From: Octopus sinensis
Taxonomy: Eukaryota
NCBI RefSeq assembly: GCF_006345805.1
Contig: NC_043007.1
Span: forward strand, 63,240,001 to 63,304,000
Length of the DNA stretch: 64,000 nt
Reading direction: 5' to 3'
The notes beneath the pieces were generated by a model, which did not search any database, was not told where the DNA came from, and saw nothing but the letters and a program-made list of their open reading frames with translations. How positions within the stretch are numbered: the first letter of the stretch is position 1; every line of letters begins with the position of its first letter. The translations under genes were made by a program, and so were the position numbers. This document shows, one piece after another, positions 1 to 12,800 of this stretch.

Positions 1-719
1 TTGGTGTTAGGAAGAATATCGGGCCCCAAAAAATCATGCCAAAATGAAATGTATGTGCAAGATGTGATTTCTGACCCATTTGAGAGAACAGTAGTACTGA
101 ATAAGAACTCTGGCTATATCAGCCCATCCAATGCATAGAGGAAATATGGAAAATGATAATAATAATGTGTTTGCATGTCGCTGTCATCATCATCATCATT
201 TAACATCCATTTTCCATGCTGGTATGGATTGGACAGTTTTGACAGGCTGGCAAGCTGGAGGGTTGCAACAGGCTCCAGTTGTCTGTTTTGGTATGGTTTC
301 TATGGCTGGATGCCCTTCCAAACACCAAGCACTTTACAGAATATAAAGGGTGCTCTATTACATTACACTGGCACAGGTGCTTTTCACATGGCACCAGCTC
401 GCTTTATGTATAACAATTAAAAGAAAGAAGATATTGGTATTACACTTATTATCCAATTACACTTGTTTCAATAGTAGATAGGGTGGATGAATCATTTAAC
501 ATTTAATATCATATGAAGTTGCATAGTTATTGTTTATATATGTTCCAGTATGTTATTTAATTATCCCACTTATTATTGAAACAATTGTAACTGGATAATA
601 AATATCTTCATTCCTTTATTTGTTTTATGTTATACTCTATGACTGATGAACATTTCCTGGTTTTTCAGTTTGTGTGGAATACTTTGGATTAACTGGATTG
701 TTTTCCCCTTCTAACACCT

Positions 720-1600
720 TGTTAATCTGGAGTTCACATGAGTGCTAAGTGAAGTAATCCCCTTGATATCATGAATCCCTTTTACAATACACACACACAT
801 TATGAAGGCATCCATTTTCCATACTGGTATGGGTTGGATGGTTTGACAGGAGCTGGCAAACCAAAGAATTTCACCAAGCTACTTTAGCATGGTTTCTGTG
901 GCCACATGTCCTTCCTAATGCCAACCATTTTACAGAGTGTAATAAGTGCTTTTTTTGTGGAACCAGCATCAGTGAGGTCACTAAGTAACTTGCAAGACTT
1001 CTTTATGCAGCTGTCCTCATCTATATACATCACATGCTCATACCAGTGCAGTCTTCCCTTGTGCACATTACATCTGATGCCTTTTATGCCCATTTGAGGA
1101 TATCTACTTACTGTGTATTCTTAGCGTTCATTGCACCTGAGCATATGCCACATATAAAGTCCACTTTTTCTGTTAACCTTCATATGATTCAATTGTACTG
1201 CTTATGTGTCCATAGTTTGTGTACACTGTATGAAATTTCTACCAACACCCTTTATACATATTGTGCAAGGCCATTTTCATGAAGGAATTAGTAGTTTTTC
1301 AGTTTTCTTGCTTCCTAGAACTTTAGTATTTGCTGAATTAACCCTGAAGCCTTTTGATTCCAGGCTTTGTTTCCACACCTGGAATTTCTTTTCTAATTCT
1401 ACAATACATTCAGCCAGGAGAACAAGATCATTAGCATAAAGTTCCCCCTTCCCACTCAGGATTTGTAGTCTTGCAGGTTGCATGGCAATATTACTTGTGC
1501 TGGTGGCATAAAAAAGACACCCAGTACACGTAAAATATTGACATTAGTAAAGACATCCAGCCATAGACACTATGCCAAAGTCTGGTGATCCTCTGGTATT
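720..1600 (-). mobile_element. Decayed RTE-clade LINE reverse transcriptase fragments plus associated 3' tail repeats
   Basis: ORF 1277-1483 ELYANDLVLLAE...WKQSLESKGFRVNSANTKVL matches the RT LYADD region. ORF 884-1093 GIRC..RLHWYEHVM is a typical RTE C-terminal segment. Confidence 0.8.
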
Positions 1601-1878
1601 CTGATTGAAACTCAGTGTTTCTTTCTTAGAACACAAGTCTCTTTGAGAAGTTGTTCTGAGACAAAATATTACAGCCAGTACCATTCCATGTTAGCATATA
1701 CATTACTAATGTTATACACACTGGTATTGGTATTTTTAAAAACCTAATGCTCTTTCAAGTGTGTTACATGTGTGTATGTAAATCTAAGTGTAGTGTACTT
1801 ATCTACTTCTTGAGTGGTACTTTGGCTGACCCTTGATTTGGTTACTTTGAAAATTTTAAATGTATTCCAACATTTCAG

Positions 1879-1974
1879 AATGTCTTTCATTGTGCAAAAC
1901 TTCAAGCTTCAGATAGAAAAATCATTAAAAGAAAAGCAGCTGTAGCCTTTGCAGTTAGAAAACTCAAATTCTGA
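1879..1974 (+). CDS. Probable terminal coding exon of an unidentified upstream gene (NVFHCAKLQASDRKIIKRKAAVAFAVRKLKF*)
   Basis: Acceptor tgtattccaacatttcag at 1878, open phase-0 frame to TGA 1972-1974, AATAAA at 2004-2009. The peptide looks protein-like but the family is not recognised, and no upstream exon was found in the window. Confidence 0.5.
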   Translation, partial: NVFHCAKLQASDRKIIKRKAAVAFAVRKLKF

Positions 1975-2231
1975 GTGTGGTGCCATGTAATAGAACAGCT
2001 AATAATAAAGAGATATAAGTATTCTGTAAAATGTACATGTGTAATGAGTAGGTGCACAAAGCTGGGATTGAACCTGTTAAGAGTAAAATTATAAATCTTC
2101 AGCTGAGACATTTTCACCATGTAATGTTGATTCATAAACCACTGTTTCTTGTTTGGTCCTAAGGTGAGTCTTGATTAAGTAGGTTTATGTTGGACGCTGA
2201 CGTTCCAGCTTTGACAGTGAGTTCTTCCTTT

Positions 2232-2628
2232 GGATCTTTTCGGTTTGACCGGCAGTTTTTTAAAAATAATTTCCACGTAACTAAACACTTAGAAACTTCG
2301 TATACTGGTAGAATGTGTTTATAAAACATCTTTTTCTCTTGGCTTTATTGAGAAAATTCTATAGTTTGTAAGATATTTGTTGTTTTTTCTTCAATTTCTG
2401 CAATTTCAACCAATCAAGGTGAAAACATTCTGTGCAGTATGAATATGTCCCTCGTTTAAGAAACAGATTGGGTTTATTTACATTTGTGAAGAAAAAAAGA
2501 TACCCTTCCTCCCACCTCTAACCCTAAAACAGATTGAAATGCAATAGATCGAGACTAGCGTCATAATTATGGGTGACAATTTCATATGACACCGCTAGAA
2601 AAAACTGCCGTTCAAACCGAAAAGATCC
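2232..2628. mobile_element. MITE with about 30-bp terminal inverted repeats
   Basis: ggatcttttcggtttgaccggcagtttttt at the left end and aaaaaactgccgttcaaaccgaaaagatcc at the right end; no coding capacity. Confidence 0.85.
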
Positions 2629-3547
2629 CTTCCTTTTCTTAAAGATGACAGGATACTATTTGAAAGAGATTTAATATGATTTAACAGGGTAGAGGAACAT
2701 GTTGAGTTTCCCTTACTGGCTTGTAGTACCAGTAATTATTGCGGAATATGAGTCAAAATACAGCTTAGTAAAGATTACTTCGTTGTCAATAGAGCTAGAT
2801 GTTTGCTAAACTTCTTTGGCATAATCTTTCATATCAAATAGGAATGACCGTTTCTTTCAAGGTTCACATTCAAAACACTTTCAAGCACAAGAGGATAAAA
2901 AAAAATGTCCATGTAGCTGAAAAATTTTGCTTTTAAAATAAAAAAAAAAGCTCCGTTTTAACCATCGTAGATGTGCTGCGATATGAATAGATTATAACTA
3001 TCAAAATTTAGTTATATTTTCATGGAGATGAGATATAAATTACCCCAGCACACAACTTCTATCATGAAAGGTATTTGTTAAACCTGGGTAGTTAAACCAA
3101 ATAGCTTTTAATCCATTCCATCTTAAAGATTTCTCGAGCTCAACTTTTCAGCATTTGGTACTCATTGATAATAATGACAGCTCAAAATATGCAGGCATCG
3201 TCCTAATTTTGATTAACCCTTGTTTCGGTTATTAGAAACTACATCTACTTCTATTGGTGTTACATCTAACTACTTTAGTGACCATATGTTTATAATCTCA
3301 CCTGAGATCTTTATTCTATGTTCTTAGTTCTAGCTAGTGTAATATCAATCATTTCATATTTACTCTATTTTCTGATTCAATAATGTAGGGTTTCTCAATG
3401 TGTGCTTGCATTTGATAGTAAATTTCCGGATTATTATCTTTTTTTAAATATCAAAAAAATTTATAGTGGGATGCTTTCTGTCCTGTCTATTATATTTTAC
3501 ACAGTTCCGACTGGACAATTCATATGACATTATCATGACTATTTTAA

Positions 3548-3935
3548 GGCGGCGAGCTGACAGACACGTTAGCACGCTTATCGGTTTTCGTCTGTCTTTA
3601 CGTTCTGAGTTCAAATTCTGCCGAGGTCGACTTTGCCTTTCATCCTTTCGGGGTCAATAAATTAAGTACCAGTTACGCCATGGGGTCGATCTAATCGACT
3701 GTCACCTCCCCCAAAATTTCCGGCCTTGTGCCTAGAGTAGAAAAGATTATCATGACTATTTTAAGGGGGCGAGTTGGCAGAATTGTGAGCACACCGGGCG
3801 AAGTGCTTAGAGGTACTTCGTCTGCCGCTACGTTCTGAGTTCAAAGTCGATGAAATAAGTACCACTTACGCACTGGGGTCGATATAATCCACTAGCCTCC
3901 TTTTCCCCAAAAATTTTTAAGGCCTTGTAGAAATA
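3548..3935 (+). mobile_element. Two head-to-tail tRNA-like SINE copies (about 3548-3745 and 3765-3935)
   Basis: Both begin ggcg(g)cgag(c/t)tg.cag and contain gttctgagttcaaa and ggggtcgat...ggccttgt. The same family occurs at 34680 and 63020. Confidence 0.85.
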
Positions 3936-6399
3936 ATTATCATGACTATTTTTCTTACACTTCTAATTTTATTTCTACATGCATGGATTTACGACACATT
4001 CTATCTAATAGAAATAAATAATGATTTCCTTACAGATTGTGAGCAACCTTTGATGTAAAGTTCTAAGCGAACCGAATCCTCTCGTTTCCCTGTTGGGGTT
4101 AGTTCATTTTATGTATTTGAGGAAAATTAAATGAATATGGCACAATTTTCTTCCTTACTCCTGTAAATCAGAGCCTGCCTAAGTAAGAAAATCAATAATT
4201 ATAATTATTGTAATGCTTTATTTGTATAAAGCAGTACGCACGCTATATTATTGTGATGCGAGGTGAATTAAAATTCTTTTCCTCTCTCAACGAAGGATTA
4301 TTTTCAAAATCTTTGATATTTCCTCATCTCATGATACACCAATACATTTAGAATGTCCCTTTTTAATGAACCGATTATCGATGCCGTCCTTCTCAACCTT
4401 CCACCACAAGTACATTCCCCATATATCGATTAATGGTTCTGGTTAAAGTTAAAATCATATGAAACAATTAGCTATCAGTTTCGACTCTCACTTATAATTA
4501 TTTCAAGTTTTTCATACTCATACTTCTTTAAGAAAATACTTGAAATTTAGACGAACCTAAGGTATAAACAAATAATACTGACTATAAGGCCATTTAAATG
4601 AGATCGATATTTTCATTGAAGCCGTAAAGTGACAGGATTGAACCCGGAAGAAATATCAATGTTTGAAAATACGTAAATAAAATATATTTCTCGATCGAAG
4701 TGGGCTTTTATATTTAAAGTTTTTAAAACATTTAGAGAAAGGTGTGTTTTACATCTGAAAGTAATCTAAATAATAGTTTATCTCATACGGGATATTTAAT
4801 AAGATAATTCAGTTCGCCTGAATTGAGTCTAATTTAAGATATTGTAGTCCTGTGTAAAAAAAAAAAAAAGGTTTGATGAAAGCAGGGCAAGATTGTTGAT
4901 GCTCGTTTATATATATTTTTAAAAGCAAAGCGTGAGGGAATTGGTTTTCAATGATTGGAATCAAATTATATTTAAAAATGTGAACATTTATTATTATTAG
5001 CTTACACACATACAATAAATACATAACAAAATTTAATTTTCATTAATAAAAATCCCAACATGGCGTCGTATATTTCGTTTCATTAAGTAATTACTTTTTA
5101 TTATTCATTATATCCTTGCATCTATTTGTGTGTGATTGGAATTATAGTCGATTATCAATCACGACGAAATGATATACTGAATACATTTAGCATTGTTAAA
5201 AAAAAAACAATACAGTTTATAAATACTCTTCTGTATTCAGAAAATATGAAACAGGATGTATAAAAAATGCTAGTTTTAAAATAGTGAACATTTCTTTTAA
5301 GTATTTCAAAATAATTACGTGAAAATATTTTCAACGTAAAAAAAAAAAAAAAATCACAGCACTGATTTTAAAATCGAAATATTTATAAATGCAACGCTGT
5401 TTTTGTAACATTATTGCTAAATGCCCGTTATTTTATCGATTAAGATGGTATATTTACATAAAAAAGAAACTAGGGAAGGGTATTTATTGCATGGTTGTAT
5501 GGTAAAATATTGAATTGAGGAATTTAAATATCTTGTTAACAAAAGAACAGAGAAAAAAACCCTTTTAATTAAGCATAGGAAAATTGTTCCCCCCAATAAA
5601 GGATTGATCTCAGAACGGGTAATAAAATATTTGCAGAAAAATTTAGAGGATTTTCATAACAGCCGGAAACATTACGTCACTGTTTGAAGGTGATTATAAA
5701 TACCGGCCATCGTCTACTGAAACGAATAAAGCTTTTATAGTTAGAATAATTTAATTGTGGAATATTTAATTCTTTGTTTTTTTACTAATTAACAACTGTT
5801 CTAACATTTCTTTAAATATATTATTACGGCTTTTAGATATAAATGACATATTTAGATAATTTTTTTTACTGTATACAATGCACATTCTGTGGGATACTAT
5901 GTATGGTCTGTGGAAATTTATTTATTGATACTACTAGTATTTATTTCATCAAGAAATCAATTAACTTATAACAGAAGCGGCATTCTACATACTCTGCACC
6001 TGCTTGTTTTGTTTTTTGTTCGTCACATTATATATATATATATATAATATATATATATATACAATATAAATACATATTAGATATAAAAATATATATGTAT
6101 ATGCCCATTATATACATAAATGCATGTTTATATATACACATTACATAAATATATACATTACACACACATAAATACATATATACCTCACTATTTACACACT
6201 TACAATACACCCCCTTTATGTATACGTGTTCTGTGTTAGAAAATTAATATTTTGATTCATCTTGGAAAACTTTTTCCTAATTTTTTAAACTTTAGAATAT
6301 TGTTGTGAGAGTGATCAATTCTAAATCGAATAAAAGAAAAAAAACCAAAACAAAAGCTATTCAATAATCATTATTTTGCTTTCATTTTCTATGTTGACT

Positions 6400-6662
6400 T
6401 CTTGATCATAAGGCTTCCACCAAATCAAGTGACGTTCCAGGCGGACTTAATTTTTTAATGTAACCCTTTGCCGTAATATATATCTGCGCATGTTCAAATT
6501 TCTCGCCCGCCATTTGCGTAGAAGCTTCAAGGCAGATTGCGAACGTGATTCAAAAATTTTAAATTCAGCCAATTATTTGGTTGAATTTCCCTTCCCTAAC
6601 AAAAAAAATCTCTTGTTTTTGGATACATCTCTATTTCCAACCTGGAGAACTTTGAACCAATT
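6400..6662 (+). promoter_or_regulatory. Promoter/5' UTR region of the hnRNP U-like gene
   Basis: CpG-richer stretch directly upstream of ATG 6663 with YY1-like cgccattt, NRF1-like tgcgcatg and CRE-like tgacgt motifs; TSS not determinable. Confidence 0.5.
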
Positions 6663-6804
6663 ATGAGTGATATTGATCCAAATAAGCTGAAAGTCGCCGA
6701 ATTGCGCGAGGAACTCAAAACTCGTGGCCTGGATACTAAAGGTACGAAGGCAGTTTTAGTTAAACGGTTACAGCAAGCTTTCAATAAAGAACAAGGTATT
6801 ACTG
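6663..6804 (+). CDS. HNRNPUL1: hnRNP U-like exon 1 (SAP domain)
   Basis: [39 protein letters not shown]; donor ctg|gtaagt, phase 1. Confidence 0.95.
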
Positions 6805-9800
6805 GTAAGTTTGATTTCTTTCTGTTCAAATTATTGATTGTTATTTACATTTTAAAACCTAGTTTCTATTTAAAGAAAAAATCTTCAGCCGTTGTCCGGT
6901 ATATTCATGTCACCTTTTATTGAAAATGGCTCTCCTTGTTTTCCTTTGCCGTTTCCTCCCATGCTGCATTATAAGTTACGGAATCTTGATTACATGTTTG
7001 CTAAATGTTGTTACCGAGCTAATAAATTGATTGTGATCTGAATAAAAAAATATATTTTCTATTATAAACTACGGCATTTCGATCGTGTATCGATATAGTT
7101 AGCTTCACTAGTTGATTGCTTCAACGGTTTTCATTTATAAAGCTTCATTTTATTCCTTTTAATATAAATTGTATGAAATTTTCTTAGCATTACTTTCATT
7201 TTCTTGAAATATACAATCTTGAGACCTAATGATTTCCTCTTTGAAAAATTAAAATTTCTCTTAATTTTGAATGTGATTTTTCATTTAGCATTGTATAATT
7301 TCACTGGTTATATTTCAAGTTCTATTACAGTAAAGATCTCAGAACCTACTACTTTCATTTTACAACCCCCCTCACCCTGCACTAATTAGAAATTTTTTTT
7401 GCGTCGGCCATTTTTTCGACCCCCTCGCTGACGACTTTTTGACGGAAGGGGAAAAAATGGAATTTTAATATTTTATTATAACGTTAAAATAATTTCAAGT
7501 AACATTTTCGTTCGCATTAAATAACCACGAATTAATTGTGTGCATGAAAACAAAGGCAACTACTGTTCTGCCTTTACGGATGCGAATGTGAACAAACACC
7601 ATCATCATTGCGGCTCCATCAAAACTAGGTCACCCGCTTGATACCGCCACTGTTGCTGCAACTGCCGCCGCCGCTCCCACTTAGAGGACGTTCTCTTTAC
7701 ATTCTCCTCCTCGCTTATTAATATACCTCCTACCAACGCTCGTTTGCAATTCTCCTCCTGATGTCTTCCACCTCTAATGTAGTTAAGGGAGGAGGAGGAA
7801 GGGGAGGCGTACCCTTTCTCTCTAGTCTCATCTCTCCACCGCTAACGACTGCACGTCGGGCATTTTTAGGTTTAAATGCCTCTTAGTTTAAACAGTCGCA
7901 GGCAGAATCTTGTTCTCTAAATATTTTGAGGAAGCGATTTACTAACTTGGGTTTTTGATTCCTTTTTGAGAAATCATTTCAACTACTATTCAAATGAAGA
8001 AGACAAAGATTAGAGGTAACCATTCTTTCTCTGTTTCTCCCTCCATTGTATTATATTGCTGGCTATTTCTTCAATATTGAGCTTCAACGGTATCCATCTT
8101 GTTTTTACGTTGTCTTTTCTGCATTTTTATGTCTCTTCAGATTTTACTATTATCCTCTTTACATCAATCTGTTTTTTGTTTGTTTTTCAAATTTAGATAA
8201 TTTTTTAATAAGCGTTTTGTTTTTCTATGGAAATAAAACAGTTTTTTTTTTTTTCGAAATTTAAGTTTTCATGTTAGCTGACAATCTTTGTCGATAAGAT
8301 GATATTTTTGAGTTTGAACTGTAAAAAAATACAGGAATTTAGATTGATTCAATTAAAAGACACCAAAGGCATTATTTGTGGCAATTTTTCATATCCATTT
8401 GTGTGTTTTACAAGAACAAAAGATGTTTTCATGATCATAGAAAAATCTATAAAAGCAAGTCATTATGTAATAATATTTTAATTGATAATACCAAAATATA
8501 AAGCTTTGGCAGTATGTTAATTTGGAAAAGGAAAATATTTCACAAAACATGCTACTTAATTGAATGAACTAGATTTTTAGAAGACGTGTTAGTTGATGGC
8601 GGCAGGTTTTATGTAAATCAGTAGGGGGGGGGGGGTTGAGGTCAGTGATTGCGGCGGCTCGGTTTGGCAACCAAAGTTGCTTTGTGTCCTTCTTCCCTAA
8701 AAATTAAACAGGGTTACCAAACAGTCTAGCAAGCAGCCTTTAAAGATACATTTCTGTGGGTCATGAAATCTTGAGCACCTTTGATTCTAAAAGTTAGAGC
8801 ATCTTACAGCAGAAAACCTCGTTTTGTTTCATTCTTCATTTGTGATTGCAAATGCACGCACATCACGCAGTCTTACGAAATTAATTTATAAATGCCTTGT
8901 GCTTATATTCGGTGTTTTTTTCTTATAAACCATCATTAAGACGAATCTTTCATGTATTCTAATCCTTCTCCGTAGATATCTTGTTGCTATAACTTTTCTG
9001 TTAGTGAATAGTTGTCTTTAATTTTCTGGATCTGAATGTTAACTTCGGTTTGGTAACTTCATTCTTCTTGGGTCGATAGTTAGTCATGACTTTCGTGTTT
9101 AAGAATAATTTAGAGAGGCTCGTCGTCTGTCTGCGTGACGGTGCGCTTTGATATTTGAGGGAGCGACTTGCTTTGTTGATGACAATTTTCATTATTCGGA
9201 GCAGGAATAGCTAGAATTGGTGAAATTGATTTTCATTTTCCGGTCTTTACGAGTTGAAAATAAGTTTGGTTTGCTGTTAGGCTAAGTGATTGGTGAAAAA
9301 AATTTTGGTTTCTGCTAGGTGTTCTTTAAGAGATATATAAAAGATATTTACCTTGGGATACATTATACGATTTTATGTGTAGTATCCGTTCACATTTTTA
9401 GAATTAGAAAATGAAATTTTTGAAATTATGATGACAGGTTATTAATAGAATTTGAGTATGAGTTCTGGGATTTCGGGGAAATAGGGAACCATTGATGGAT
9501 CTACTAAAGATTCTGCCGCTGTTAAAGTCTACTTAAATGACTATCTTCCTGTAATTTAATTGATCGAAATATAGTTTCGGATTAGTTAAAACCGTTTTTG
9601 TCGCCATCATTGAATCCATTGTTTTTTCCACCGACTTCAAACGAATGAATATTATCTTAATTTTCAATATTTTTCCAGTGGCAGATGACGATTCTCTTGG
9701 AGATGACGCTCTACTTGAAGAAGAAGCACCGGACGAATCTTCTCAAGATTTAGATGGTGGCAACATGGATGAGTCTGCCCTTGAGGTTGATGGCAACGAG

Positions 9801-12800
9801 GTACAGTTTTACATTTACAATGATTTCTACGGTTTTGTTCTAAATAAGCATTTAATCATTTTGATGTTTTTGTAACAGTTTTTCATATAAGGAGTATGTT
9901 TTCTTTGTATTTGTGAAGGATGGCGATAATGATGTTGGTGAAGGAGAGGAAGAGGAGGAGGAAGAACAAAATTGCGATGAGATGCCAGAAGGAGAAGAAT
10001 TTCAAACTATCGATGAAACTTCTCAAGATGATGGACAACGAGATCAGGCTAAAGGTAAGGTTACTCAATCTTAAATTTAAGAAAGACAGTTGAAACCTCG
10101 GAGGACAGGCTGTTTAAGTGGCTAGAATTGACAACTCTCAAAGCACACAGTTTTTAGAAAGAACCTTGGATAATGTAACCTAGTATGGTCAGTTGGAATG
10201 CTTTTGTTAATCGATATGACATGGTGCTATGCACCAAATATGAAATTTTTGTCACGATGGAACTTAGCACCTTCTAGTTCTACGTTATAATGTGATTGAT
10301 AATTTAAGTGTACGGTTGTGAGGCCCTCTTTAATCCCTTTTATTGCTGAAGACATCTAATATAATTTTATGATTCTTTCCTGTGGAAAGCACTTTTACAT
10401 GCCAGTTGTTGAGTAATGTCATGTTTAAAACTTTTGAGATATAAGTTTGAGACATGATTTGAAAATACTTCTAGATTTTGTGGTTGATGTCATTAATGGA
10501 ATGACCATGAAATTCAATTACATAGTTATAGGGTTAATTCTTTCTCTTATCAAAAGAAAATACTCAGTAATGTGGGGTTGTTTAACCCTTTCGTTACTAT
10601 ATTTCTGACCAAATTACACCCCTTATGTGTTTCAATTAATTTCTAACGTAATCATAAATTTAGTCTGGTTTCATTAAACAACTATAACTTATTTATTTAT
10701 CGATATATTAATCTGATTTTTGGAAGATAATTTAATGAAATATTCTCAACCAATTCTATACTATAATTTTTGTCACAAAGTGACTCTAATTGCAGGTAGA
10801 TACAGGTAAATTCAACAAAATATAAAATTATTAAAATTTTGTTCAAACATCGCTATAGAAAATGGGTTATTAGCTAATATTAAATTGGGTATACAACAAA
10901 ATTTTACGATAGATTTTGTTATTCTGGGTAACTTTCTGATACCCATAATAATATTTATGGCAAAATAGTCTTAATTACATTTAAGGTTGTGGGAAACCAC
11001 AAACTATCGTTTCTTTCGCTTTGTTTACGTTTAGCGTAACGGTTCGTTTCCGCCGTAATGATTTCAAATAGGCTCAATCGAAAAAGTAAATAGAAATAGC
11101 CTAAGGCTTTACTCTCCTGGGAAAGTCTGTGGCTTGGTCCAGTTTCTTCAGAAAAATCACCGAAAGAAACAGTTTTTAAATTTTCACTCCATTCAGGTGC
11201 CAATTCATTTTCTTTATCGCTGTCGGAGCTCTCGGATTCACATTTTTCACTTTCGGAAAATGAAACATCAGATTCATTATCAAATACCACATGCTTTTTT
11301 TTTTTTTAGTCATAGTTAGATTTATGAAGGTCTTCAGTAGAAAATCGTTCGAATTCTGACTCGCTGCTTGATATAATGAAATTCGTATCCATTTTTTGTC
11401 AGAATTACAAATTTTGAAAACACAATAGGAACAAATTTCCGAAAAAAATCTCCCAAAATTCACGGAATTAAAATTACACTTCGATTATTGTACAAAACTG
11501 TAGTTGAACTGTTTACGAAGTATAATACGTGTTTTCACGAATGTACTAAAGAGATTTGCTCTGATATTCTCATTTAAATATGAATAGGTAAATTCGGGTG
11601 GCTTTGGGCGGTTTGGTAACGAAAGGGTTAAAGGAAGAGTATATCCAGCTATACAAACCAAGTCAAATGACTTGTACAAGCACCAGCACCACTTTTTAAG
11701 AGCAAAAACTGTGATAATCCCTGCCAGCAATAAGAAGCATATAAAATGTTGAACCTTTTAGCATTCACATTGTCAAAAGTAATACTTATTCATTTACATT
11801 GGTTTTGATTAATCGTGCATTGTTTTGTAGATTTGAGATTTTTATGGGGTAACTTAATTTATGGAATGATAGTGTAGGGTTGTTGTCAGGCCAGATCTAG
11901 TCAGTTTAAATGCTAAAGTGTTAAGTGTAAAAATTTAAGTATATTTAAAGTTTCAATAAAAAGCAGGTGGAGAATTAAAGAAATGAACATACACAGTAAA
12001 TTTGCTAAAAATGAATACCTTTCTTGTCATAAAAGCGAACATTTTCAATATTAGTTGCTTATGTCCATTAACAAATTTTTTAATAGTTTTGTTTTCTCTT
12101 TGTAAGTAAGTATGAAGACGACATTGTACATTATTCAAAATGTTCATCTTATAATTGATAAACATTTTCGAAAAGTTAGTCTGCTTTCTATTACTACATT
12201 TTGTAAGAATTGATATACCTCACTTGACACATAGCTATTTTAACCACTGGAGATTGAACAGAAAAAGAAAACTCCAAAACTTAGAATTATATCACCCTTC
12301 CCACTTAATTTTGGAGTATGCAACAAACCATAACATTTCCATTGTCTCTTTTTGTTTTTTGTTTTTCTCTTTGAAATATTTTTCTGAATTGTTTTTAAAC
12401 AATGAAGCAATTCTGCAAAATAAAAATTAAATCTACCTTTGAGTCAAATATACTATTTATAAACAAGATGGTGTTTTATTTTTCACATTCAGTTTTTCAA
12501 TCTTTCTTCCTTAAAATTACAAGGTAATTCAAAATGAATGGTACAAAAGAAAACGTGTTGTAATGAATGTATTGCAAAAATACAAATGTAACACAAAAGC
12601 TTAATTCTAAGTGTACTGACTGTCACAAATGTTGAATGCGAGTGTTTTCCCCACAGCAGACGTCTATATAATAGTGTAGCCTGATTAAGTTCGTTGCATC
12701 ACCTATCTGCTGTGTTAATCCCTGTAAGTCCTGTGAAAGTGGAGGTATGAACACTCTTTCAGATACCCCCAAAGAATAGTCGCAGTGTTAGAGTAGACCA

